Source: Dudresnaya verticillata (Eukaryota). From it: 64,000 bases of DNA. Positions 11,062-22,520 of this stretch are shown one piece after another. The stretch spans positions 1,364,001 to 1,428,000 of the forward strand of contig OZ374558.1 in the NCBI GenBank assembly GCA_977862235.1, given 5' to 3'. The notes beneath the pieces are model-generated. The model did not search any database, was not told where the DNA came from, and saw nothing but the letters and a program-made list of their open reading frames with translations. The first letter of the stretch is position 1, and each line of letters opens with the position of its first letter. A program made the position numbers and the translations under genes.

Positions 11062-13938
11062 ATGCGCACGCGCTCATCCGAAAAGGCTGACGGGGCGGCG
11101 CCTGCAGCACATGGGACCGGTACCGGTACCCCGTCTGCGCAACCCGCTGGACAGGTACCTGTCGTGACGACACCACAGCAGGATCCTGCACCGCCGCCGT
11201 CTACCTCAGCCTCAGCTCCACGTGCTGCGGACAATCATGCTCATGGAAGCGATGAAATCTCTCCCGCAGTCGCCTTGCAGAGTGGTCCTTCTCAGACACC
11301 TGCCGGTACCGGCGAGGCAGATCAGTTTTTTTCTTCGGGCGCTGTGTTCAAGTTGCAGCCGGCTCTCCTGTCCGGGAAGCACGACTGGAACCTAGAGCCT
11401 TCGACCAATAACAGCTACTGGCAGTTGGTGGAGTCGTCTATCCCTTCCTCTAGACGGGGTGATATGAACGCGTACGCGTACAGTGCTGCGAATAAGGGGG
11501 TCGCCATTGCGAAGGATGCCTTCGCGAAGCTGAACAGCATCCGTTCGCTGTTCGCTTGTCCGCAAACCCTGAAATGCGACCGTACGTTCGCCAAGGAAGC
11601 GAAGGATGTGCCGTACCTCGATGAAATGGACATCTACCTTAGCGATGAGAGCTTGGATGACGGGGCCCTGTCCGCATCAATGGTGCCGATTACCAAACAC
11701 AGGTTTGGGGGAAGATGGTTCCACGCTTTCAATTGCCGTCCGGCGCTATGTCGTGAGAACTACTATCGCCGTCGCTTCAATCTTTGGATCCCACTGGGCC
11801 GTTGCGAGGGTCCATATCTCAGTGTTGAAGAAAAGAAGGACACATACCCTACGGCCCAAGGCAAGGTCGCTCACATGCAGCACCCAGCGGCGTTACCGGT
11901 ACCGGTTCCTTTTGCTGTGTTCTACTTCTTCAAGGAGCTAAAGGCTGCTGGAGAGGAGTAAAACACGAGTCGCCTCAAGCGTTTGCTGTTTGCTATTCAG
12001 GTCGAGTACTCGACGCTTGTACTTCATGTGTGGTGCAGCGAGGCTCTGCGTGGTTCTCGGATGTATATCATGAATGACAGTACTGTCGACCGCATTGAGG
12101 AGACGATGCAAGGTGTCGAGACGATCGACGATGTCCCTACCAAGGGCATCGTCGAGATGATTCGCGAGGTGAACAAGTTTGCGGCTGGTTGGCACAACGA
12201 AATGGTCTTCTCAGAAGAGCCCCGAGATGACCCTTCCTTCTTTGTTTGGTCTGAGCGTGGAAAGGTGGGTATCGACAAAAGCCGTCCATCTGGCCAGAAG
12301 TACATCATGAGTTACTACAACAGAAAAATTGTAACCAGTACTGGTGCAATTGTTCCGGACGAATACAATCGTTCGACGCGAGCTGGAATAGGCGTCGGAA
12401 GCTCGCGAGGTGCCGGTGCAGCAAACCCAGGAGGGAGGGATTATGGAGGAGGAGATCGCGGAGGCTACAATAGAGGCTACAATAGAGACGTCATGGATAG
12501 GCGTATCTCCGAGTATGAGCTTCGTCAGTTTCCGGGTCTCCAAGACACCCTAAGGGAACATAATGCATTCAGTCATGGCCAGCCGACCGTACGGTCCGTC
12601 ATCAACATCCTTATCCAGGACTACACCTACCTGCGCGGAAGGGTGTCAGAGCTGGAAGGGCGCCCGCGTGAGTACTCAGCTCAAGGCCTCCTCAACTCTA
12701 TCGTGGAAAGGTTTGTTCCGCCCACCACTCGCGGGCGACTGCCAGCTCCCTCAGCAAACAGGGACAGTGAGCAGCATGGATACGATCGCGGTTACGGAAG
12801 TGGCAGAACTGGCGAGGATATAGGTGGCTATCATGGTTACAGTGGACCTGCAGATGGCTATAGAGGATCGTACGATCGTCATTATGGGGAGCGTCATGGG
12901 ACCCAGCAGCCGTATCGCAGTCAAGGTTACTACAATTCTGGAGACTACAACTCCAGAGGTTATAAGTACGATGACGGGTACAATGCCGGTACCGGCGACG
13001 GATATGGTTACAGTGGTGGATACAATGGTGACGAAAACCGCATGGACCCGTATCACTCGCACAAAGATTACGGGAGTTCTTCGCGAGCTGTTACTGGTCA
13101 ATACGGTCACGCAGGTTCCTCGTACGAAGAACCGACGCAATATCACGCGCCGCAGGAACAGCCGATGGATACCAGTGATCCTTACCGAAGCTCGCGTTAT
13201 CCTGCTTCCCGTGCCCCAGCTGTCCGTGCGCCTACCTTTCAGGAGGCTTTCAAGCGTAACGGCACATCTCAAGCAGGACCTAGTGGCTCAGATGAAGCCG
13301 GTCCGAGCAGCTCAGCTCAAGTTGCTCCCAGTACTGGGACGCATGTCGAGGAGGAAGTGCTAGACCTTCGTCCCCCGGAGACCCGCACTCGCCCAGGCAC
13401 GCCGATTCGAGAGCCCGAGCGTGGCCCTGGCAGAAATGGTCCTGTACAGGAATCTGAATTGCGCCGCACAATTACGCCGTACGTTGAGAAGGTTTCGGAA
13501 CGGGAGAATGGTGGTGCCGGTACCTGCAAGGGACCTAAGCAAACTTCCACGCCTAGTCAGCCGTCTCCCTTCGCCCCAACCTCGCACCAGAAAGCCTTGA
13601 GGGATCGCCTTGCTCGGGAGAGTGCGAGCGCTGAAAAGTCTCGAGGCAATGAAGCCGTACGGCATGTGAAGGAGGGCTCGGGCGTGCCCGGCCCTGCCCG
13701 CGTGCAGTCTTCAATTGATGATGGAGAGGTTGCATCCAAAGAGCTGGCTTCCAGCACCGCTGCAAATAAGAAGAGTAGTCGTCTGTCTGGCTCCCCCGCT
13801 ACGAAGAAGCTCCGGTCCGACGAGGGTCCATCAGCCTCCTTATGTGCTGATGGACCCGGCGCTGCTCCGCCTACCGACAAGACTAAAGCGAACCGTACGG
13901 TTGGCAAGGGAAGGACAGAGGAATCTGATGAGAGTTGA
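11062..13938 (+). pseudogene. CACTA cargo ORF2, ~958 codons with one in-frame TAA (11959-11961); globular domain, coiled coil, G/Y/R-rich and S/P-rich tails
   Basis: Listed ORFs 10693-11961 and 11983-13938 are in the same frame, separated by one stop; ATG 11062 follows a pyrimidine-rich leader. Confidence 0.75.
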
Positions 13939-14225
13939 GTACCAATTCTGTGCTTGAGCTTGTGGAATCGTTCGCTACTCGAGTGGCAAGTACAAGGTCT
14001 TGTGTGCTACATGGAGCTCATTCTAGAATTCATGTAGGATATAGGTCTCCCCGGTGCCAGAAAGTGAACTGTGACCTTGAGTGGCACCATAGTTGCAATA
14101 TTGCTGTTGTAGTACAGCTATTGGTATGGACCAATGGTAGTAAATGTACGAGATTGATGTGTTTTGTGTTTGAAAATTATCTTTTTATTAACACGAAGCG
14201 TGCGTTTCAGCAAGCAGCCAGAACG

Positions 14226-14665
14226 TGCGGGCGTACGCCATTACTTGCATACAACCTAACACAATTATGTTTACCGTGTTGTATCGTATCTATCCCTGCT
14301 GACGAATGTAAACTTCGTAGTACTACGTTTGTCTCCAGATTCAATCTGCAACTGCAATCTGTATAGTTGCATCTGTATAAGCATTGAATACATCACTAAA
14401 ATCGCGTAGGATTGTTGTAGCACATCGTTGACGTATGTTAACATAGTAGTACTATAGTAAATGTATATACTTTTGGATCCAGAATCCACGGTTGTATCTG
14501 CATGAACATGCAGATAACTCACGCTTCGTGAGTTTAAGAATACAGCCAGCACTTGCGGGCGTACGCCATTACTTTAAGTTGCGTACAACCTAACACAGCT
14601 ATGTTTGTCCCGTTGTGTCGTACCTATCCCCGGTGACGTATGTAAAAATCGTAGTACTACGTTTC
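14226..14665. repeat. Diverged ~110-bp direct repeat (14226-14330 and 14554-14663) in the ORF2/ORF3 convergent intergenic region
   Basis: Both copies read TGCGGGCGTACGCCATTACTT...TACAACCTAACACA...TCGTAGTACTACGTTT. Confidence 0.85.
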
Positions 14666-16050
14666 TTGCGTGAAGCAATTTTATTCATCGCACGGGACTG
14701 CGCTAGGTCGTCGTCGATGTACATATATGTAAACATCGTAGTTTGTCGGAAGAATGCGAAGAACAGCACGTTCGCGCTTGTTGGGAGGGAGCAGTACATG
14801 TACAGATCCGCTAGTTTTCCATCAAGTTGAGATGATTGGTTTAGGAATGATCCTACCAAGATGCATATGCATCTTAGATCATATGATCTGTCCACTCCAC
14901 AAGACCCTCAAGAAGGAGTATACTCAGATGAGTGTCTTCATAACACGCATAACCTGCTTGCATAAGCACGAATGCAAAACGCATTACATTTGACAGACAC
15001 GCGTTACACAGAACAGCTTTTGTGCTCGCAGAGCCCGTAGCATTTCGCGCAGATCGGGGTCCTGCTGCATTCCACCAGTCTTGATGACGACTGCGACATG
15101 GGCGTCGCGGTATCTCACAAAATCCTGCGGGACAGGGGGAGCTCGCCACCAGGTTGCCGCTTCACGGTTGCCATCTCTACACGCGCTAGCCGTGCTACGG
15201 TCATGCCCGCGCTATAGCGCGCTATATATATATCGGTTATAGCGACCTATAGGTTTGTCTTCCACTCGACCGACATCCCAACCTGTGGGGCTTGGCAAAA
15301 GGATTTCCCGGCGACGAACTGCGCGCTTGGCCGACGATAGCGATGGGAAGAGGTGCAGAAAGTGGACGTGTTACGGACTTCGTACGAAGTAAATGCCAAT
15401 CTACAACAATGGCACATTTGAATAGAAGTGGATAAATAGCAAACGGGAATATCCAATTAATGTACAACTGAAACTTCTTTCCCTAACGTGCGTACGCACT
15501 GACCCATTTCTGTGAGACCCAAATAGTTCAACAGACAACAGATAAATAATCCTATGTATGATACTAGCATCCTTACGGATTACATCCTTACGGATAATGG
15601 CATATGCCATTCTAGAATTTAGAAAGCCCTGTCGCAGTGCTATGTAGATGTAGTGAGAACTTCAGAAATACATGTAAGAACAGCAATTGACTGCTGCGGC
15701 TGCAGCTCTGCAGTCGGTCAATTTCTGTTCTTCTAAAGTTATTAATAATCACATAAAACTCCGTACGGATGGGTATCGATCGGTCTTCGAAGGCAACCAT
15801 CAAACTGGAATGCGTGTATATAGCATTATTATATGATTACTTTTAAATCGAATAAAACTAGAGATGTTGAAAAGGTCCAGTAGGAAACCATACGCGCGAA
15901 GTAGCGCTACTTATCAGCTTGAGGGTTTTAGGGATCGCTAACTTTGAAAGTATTTAATGGTACCATTCCTCGCATGTGTGCGTACGCGACTGATTGTGTA
16001 TACGTATCCAATTAAAGTACTTTACCTGTTGAGTATCAATATATTTATTG

Positions 16051-18681
16051 TTATAGACTGGCTATTCCATTGTCCCATTGCTCCTCAATATTATTGCCAG
16101 AGTTACATTCCCCCATATCCGCCTCCCTGTCCTCCTCCCTTAAATCCACTCCAACTTCTTCCTCGTTCAGCCTTTTGAACTCCTTTTCGTGCATGCGTAC
16201 GCATTTTCTTTCCAAAATATTCTTCTGGTTGTACGTTCCAGGGAGCAAATCCTGCAAAGAGAGGCTGTCCAGCACAATCTTGCATGGGTCGCAGAATCGA
16301 TTACTCACAAAGCTTGTTGAGTCCAGATTCTTTTGCACTATCTCCTTGATGGTGTGACCCAGAATAACAACACATCGCAATGCAGACTTCTGCGTACGCA
16401 TGAAAGCAGTTTCACCGGATACCCGGCAATATTCGACACAAATGTTCATTGCGACCTGTACCATGTGAAAAGAGCGACGGATTGTTCTTTTCTCTCCACC
16501 AGAGTGCTTCCTGTTGTTCCCGGTACCGGAAACAACATAAACGTCATACTCGCTCAGCAGAACGAAATCCTCATACTCTTCTAAAATGTTTGAGAAGAGC
16601 TTGGAGTTGTAGCTATCAGCCTGCAGGATTTTGGATTCGTCCGAATCTATTGAGCAAATCTCAGTGTCGGGGATTGCACTGATTTGCAGATCAGTACGAA
16701 CAGAGCCTTTCCCACTGTTATCCGTACGGATAGCTTCAGAGAGTGCACCATTTTCCCTCGCCTTGCCCTCCGAACTGGGTCCATTCCAAAATGCAATACT
16801 GGATTGCTGGTCTTGTAACTCAGTACTGAGTGCTTTCCAGTTCACAAGCATGAACCCGATGTTTTGGAAGAAGGACAATTTCACAGCATCACGGGATGAA
16901 TGCAGCTGGGTACCCAGTTTCCGATAGACCCTAAGTGCCCCGTGGATTGCCACTTCGTCGGAAGTTGGGTTCTCCGAAGGGATGAGTTCACGAGATGCCC
17001 TGGACTTCTCCAACTGTGCCCTGGCGTGTAGAATGTGGTCCACATTCACAGCTCCAGACTTCAACCAATCCGGACGGATTATTTTTGCCTGTGGATGCCC
17101 TTGCAGGTGTTCACCTCCAGAATAATCAGAAGGGCCTTCCAATTTGACTTGAGATGTTAAAGACGGATTAGCAGCGGAGGATCAAGTTTGGTCTTTGGCT
17201 CGTACGAGACTAAATGGACCATTGGATTTCGGGTCACAAGTTTGGTCTTTGGCTCGTACGAGACCAAATGGACCATTGGACTTCGGGTCACGCCCAGACG
17301 TCTGTCCGGAACCCTTTCCTCCTGGACAGGACCCTTTTGTGACCGGCGACTCCATAAAGATCCCGAACGGGTCTCGAAATATGTTGAAGAATAGGTTTTG
17401 AACAACAGTAAACTTGAACTGGCCATGATGCCTGCCTATTCCTTCCTCCCATTGCTTTCTCGTGGCAGCAGGCTGCAAACTGAACATCAAGGCTCCCAGA
17501 CCAGCTGCACCACGGCTTCCCACTGAAAGTTTCGTGGAGGGCACCGTATCGTTACAGTTTGTACGGGATCCATCAGGTTTCGAAGAACTTCGAAACAAAT
17601 TGCAGACCAGTACTGGTACATTAAACGACATAATACGAGAAATAAGCATTGGATTGACAACAATATCAATGGAAGGCGTCAATGCATCTAGTTTCTTCTT
17701 CATATCAGACTTTGTTGACTTTCGGAAGGTTTTGCCGGTACCGGTTGCACCTTGGCTTCTGGACAGCAGCTGAACATGCCCACGAAGATCTTTCACTTGA
17801 TCCTGAAGGGAACTTACAAGTGATACAATATTTTGGTTTGCGTGCAGGACCTTGTCAGTGGAATCAGCCAGATCCTTCTTCAACTCCGTACGGAGTGCCT
17901 CCAGAAGTCTAGACTGCGCGTTCGACAATGCTGTGACGATTTCAATATCATCGCCTGCTATTCCCTTCTTCGAAACCGTAGCTCTTCTCTTCACGGCTTC
18001 CATCTGTGCCTGTACAGGCCCTTTGAGTGGTGCGTAGTAGTCATCAGGGCGTGGAGGTCCAAGCGGTGCTTTGACAAAAAGGTCTATTTCTTCAAGCTCT
18101 TCGTCTTGATTCACACCGGACGGTGTGATTCTAGAATCAGGATTCCCTTCTTTAGAAAGCTGAGCTCTCGGCCTGAAAGGAGGACTTAAAAGAGGAGTCT
18201 TGGTGTTGTACAACAACCTTCTCTTCTTTGACGGCAACGGTCTTCCATCTGTGTCCCGAGATGCAGTACTGCCTGGGCTTCTGTTAGGTCGTTCCGCAGA
18301 CACTCTTTTGCGATAAGCGAGGAGAGGTGCTACTGGAGTATCCAGATTGGAAGAGTCCGGGCTATTCTTCTCGTTGGAAAGGGCTGCCGAATGACGGGGA
18401 GGCGTCTCCGGAATTTTCTCAAGTGCTTCGAGACCAAGTTTTTCCTTGCTCCGTCCGGAGTCGTCTAATCCTTCTCGATTAGTGCCCTTCAGTTTCCTCG
18501 CTGTTCGAGGAGAAGTGCGGGTACCCTTGACCGTGGATCGGGGTGATACAGTGGATGCATCAGGGGCTGCAGACGCAGTCTCCCTCCTTCTCGATTCAGC
18601 ACGAGCCATTGCCTGAGCCTGAGACGCGGCCTTGTACCTAGCCATTTTGTCAGACGTACGTCTTTTCCGTGAAGGAGCCAT
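16051..18681 (-). pseudogene. CACTA cargo ORF3, ~876 codons with one in-frame TGA (17182-17184); basic NLS-like motifs, coiled coil, unknown function
   Basis: Listed ORFs 17182-18744 and 16051-17142 are in one frame with only that stop between them; ATG 18681 gives MAPSRKRR. Confidence 0.72.
17184..17291. repeat. 54-bp in-frame tandem duplication in ORF3
   Basis: Two copies of AAGTTTGGTCTTTGGCTCGTACGAGAC...CGGGTCAC with 2 mismatches. Confidence 0.95.
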
Positions 18682-19723
18682 AATGCTAGAATGAGTTGTG
18701 TGCGCGTCTGATTCACAGTCTGTAACCCCGTTGTCGTCCGTCACAGCGGAGCCAGAACATACACAAAGGTAAGGAAGACTGTATTTGACTATGAACGTCT
18801 TCCCGTATGAATGATCCAGACAGGCGCAGTGGGCATCCAGTACGGGTCCAGAATCTTATACATGATTGAGAGGAAGATATTGGTGCATGCAGAGCGCGCC
18901 AATAAAGAAAATCCAGTTCACACCTAATAGACAAGCGCTGATCTTCGTGTTTCACAAACCGTTTCGCTTTTGCGCGAGCACATAGTTAGTAAAGCAGTAC
19001 TGATTTCGATCTGAACAGACACAATGGCGGGAAAGCATATGCAGACGTAGGTCTATGGGCAATGCTGTGGTATCGCAATACTATGTTTACATTGGAGAGC
19101 TTCACTTGAGCCACCCGTACGGGTGGTTCAGAGCGTATGGGATACCCGGAGATGATCCAATGAGTTTCAGTTCCTCGGTTATAATGCGACAGTGTCTGCA
19201 ATAGATTCATGTATAGGCCCAAGAACAATGATATGGCAGATTTACAAGGAATATAATTATTGTTTTACAATCCTGAAAAGGCTGTTCGGGAACAACGTGT
19301 CTGTAGGAGCGGGAGAAGAGGGTGTAACTCACGCTGTTACCGAGGCTTCTGTACAGAAATATCTCCTAATGAAACCAATGAAACCAACGAATCACTGGTC
19401 TGGCCCGATAAAATCATTCTTTGAGGAAAAGGTGAGCGAGACACTTGCAATTACGTGTCACTATCTCTTTCCATCCGGAGCTCCTGCAGGAAATGCGTAC
19501 GCAATGCTTTGCTAATGTGTTAGTGTAGCACAGTAATGTACATTAGAATACCCGTCGCGAGAGCGCAGGGCTCCATGGAGCGACTGCAGTCGCGCGACTC
19601 TGGCGTGTATCTTATGCACGCCCACAATCTACTCAACGCACTAGCAGAAGCAATTGTCGACCGTACGGTCATTCGCGAGCAACACCTGATCAAGTATCAT
19701 CCCATCGAGGCAACTTTCTCAAG

Positions 19724-21381
19724 ATGAGTTAAAGGCCTCGGCGAACCACATCCTCTGACCCCTTTGTGGTACCACGGAGAGGGGAGTTTATTGAAGTCCT
19801 TTGGACACTTGACCAGATCCCCGAATCCCCGGAATCCTGGTGCATTGCTGAGGTTCTGCACATATTTGAAGACTACGCGAACGGTTGCATTGGAAGGGGT
19901 TTAATCAGATATACGAGGACCCAGTACTGGGAGGAGCAAGTTCAGAACGTCACATTCCATTGCGACTACATCCTTCGGGTCTTCGACGAGGACGCGAACA
20001 CGTCCGACCAAATCAACGGTACCGTTGAACTAAACAAAGGTTCGTGCGGAAGAGAGATTCGGGAGGGGCATATGAGGCGGAGGAGGACCCAAGATTGTTT
20101 TGGAGGTACACTGCGCGTACCTATCCGTCTGATGAGCAGGATGCTGATGAATCCGACGAGGACTGGTACGAGACAAGGACTTCTGTACAGAAGTCAAAAT
20201 GTGGATCCATGCTTCGAAGCGTCCGCGGCACAAAGCTCAATGCAGGCATACTAGACAGTGGCACTGAAGTGAAGAGGCTTCGGGAAGCATATGCTACAAT
20301 TGCTGTACAGCAAGAAAAGTTGAAAGTGATGATGTTGGACCATTCCAAGAGACTTCATGATATTGAAAGCGCCCATGGGCAGGATAAGTACCTGTACAGG
20401 TCTAGTATTGCTCCGAGCCCATCGCAGCTCCGTTCGCGAGTACTCGCGCACTTACGACATAAACTCGCAGTAAGACTACAAGCTCCAATCAAACCGCTCC
20501 CACACGTACTGGGAAAGCGGTCTCTAAAGATGAAGGATAGTTGCGAGGAAAGGTTGCCATTCAGCGCCTCTTTTGTTGACGGAGTACTCCGTGGTGTAAT
20601 TAAGGTAAGGGTGGAATGTGAGCTTGCTGAATTCGAAGTCATCGCCCGCAGTATGAGATCGAGAGGCGAAGGCGTTCGTCTTCGATTCTACCCTGCATTT
20701 TCCGAGACACAGGTTCCATTGCTGAATAGCGAATGGTTTTCCATTGTCTTTCCGTGTTTCGCAGATCTATGTGCACAAATTGGAATCGAATCCGTCTCGG
20801 ATAGATTGGAGATGCTCCGTAAGTGCGGTACCGCATCCGGGAAGGACCTGCTTCGAATTCTCCGAAGTTACTTCTACCATGAAGACCGCAAAAAGCCAGC
20901 GATATTATATGTTGCTGCATCACTGCCACCGAGGGATTCGGACGCTTCCCCGGTACCGGGGAGTGACGGAAGCGCCAGGGCTATCCTCAGCGATGACGGG
21001 CAAAACAGTCCTATGTATGAGTCGTACGACATACCTGTGCTTCACCGCGAAACCCGTCAGTGGAATAAGGAAGAAGGACGCTTTCTTTCCAGATTAACTT
21101 TGCATATGGAGAAGGAGCAGAGGCCGTCCGGAAAACTCATCCGTACGGAAAGAGCAGAGGAGGCTTTCATGGTTACTTGGCGACGCTCTCCTGAAGCGTC
21201 GGCAAGAGTATGGTCTCGAACACTTGTCAGTACTGACTGTGTATTAGGAACGCTGGAGATATCTCTTCCTTTTGTACAAACTACCGGAATCAAGCTCTGT
21301 GCTGAGTTTGGAGGGCTCGCAAACGATGACGTGCTACGCGGCGCGTGCTGCCTACACAGCTCAGCGACGTCGCTGCACTAG
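19724..21381 (+). pseudogene. CACTA cargo ORF4: Tudor/Agenet-like N-terminus, coiled coil, unknown C-terminal domain; TAA at codon 3 and a frameshift near 20045
   Basis: ATG AGT TAA in frame with ORF 19766-20254 (RGEFIEVLW...WCIAEV...LIRY), which overlaps ORF 20044-21381. Confidence 0.65.
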
Positions 21382-21669
21382 TACTAGATTAGTATAGCAG
21401 TAGCTGTAAAGCTCTTACAAACATGTCCAACATGCATGTTGCGTAAATCAGCGTACCCTTGCGAGTGAATTTGTGCGCGCATGCCCACGCGCGTACGCGC
21501 ATGGGCCCCATGGGGGCGTCCAGTACTACAGCAGGTGATATTGGTCTGGCACGGGTCGAGTATTGTTCCCGCAGCACATTTCTTGCTGGGCCAGACCAAT
21601 GCCCAGTAATGAGAAAATTTTAGAAATAAATGTATTGCCCCAGCGCAGCATTTTTATTGGGGTTTTCCA

Positions 21670-21686
21670 GAAATGGACTTGTAGTG
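21670..21686 (-). repeat. Right TIR of the CACTA element
   Basis: GAAATGGACTTGTAGTG is the exact reverse complement of the left TIR. Confidence 0.93.
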
Positions 21687-22520
21687 TTTTATTTCCTCGC
21701 CATGGGCGTCGATAACCTCGTCGACCGACGGACGGTCGCCTGGAACGGCTCAATCGCCGTTGGCACGAACACGTCATCGACGATTGGTTACAGACGCGCG
21801 CGTGCCACAATGCAGCGCCGCGCACGCCCGACGCACTGTACGGCGCGACGCTGCAGAGCGGATCTGGATGATGCATCGGGATTAACGAGGTGTAAGGGAA
21901 TTTACTGTCAGGTTGGCCCGAATCCCGATCAAATCCGGATCCGACATCCAGATCGAACATCGGGATCCGCTGAAAGGGAAATACACTTGTAATACGGTGC
22001 CAATCGCGATCCGAATCCGCATCGCCTACAGCACCGGACGAGTACGTCTGCAAGACGTACGCCCCGGCGCACGGCGGCTGCATTGTCCCGGGACGTGTCA
22101 GACGCACGCCCAAGCGACACGCGTCCCGGGTTTCCGCGCACTACGTCATGCAGCCGCCGCACCGCGGCAACACAGCATTACTTAGCTACCCCGTCTAGGA
22201 CGTAACAGTAAAGCCCCGGCAAGCCGGTTTGGGTCTAGACGTCCCTTCCGCGACAGCGCGCACCCTACCGCTGCCCGGAAGCATAAGCGTCTACCTATCC
22301 GTGTTTCCACGTTCCTAACCGTTGTTAACGTGTTTCCTTTTGGGTTTTTTGCCCCTTTTATCCACTCGCTCTGGGTATTTACAGTCCGCCCTAGGCGTGT
22401 TCAACCTGCTCTACCAAGTTCGCTATTAGCGGCTACCCACCGGGCTCCCGAACGGCCCTGAGGTGTTCTCCGTCTTCAGCACGACGTTTGCACGACAGTA
22501 CACGCGGCGTCGCTAGTTAA

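Larger units (their letters stand above)
2919..21686 (-). mobile_element. CACTA/EnSpm (CMC superfamily) DNA transposon, 18,768 bp
   Basis: Perfect 17-bp TIR CACTACAAGTCCATTTC at both ends; CACTA-type transposase inside; flanks rejoin into one LTR. Confidence 0.93.
2895..22497 (+). mobile_element. Gypsy solo LTR (~830 bp) split after nt 24 by the CACTA element; pieces 2895-2918 and 21687-22497
   Basis: TGTGGCGCA...TGCACGACA termini; 5-bp TSD GTACA at 2890-2894 and 22498-22502; similar to LTR 50249-51158. Confidence 0.9.

Noticed and set aside
11959..11961. Alternative genetic code or stop reassignment explaining in-frame stops
   Set aside because: All three stop types and frameshifts occur in TE ORFs, and host genes terminate normally with TAA, TAG and TGA.
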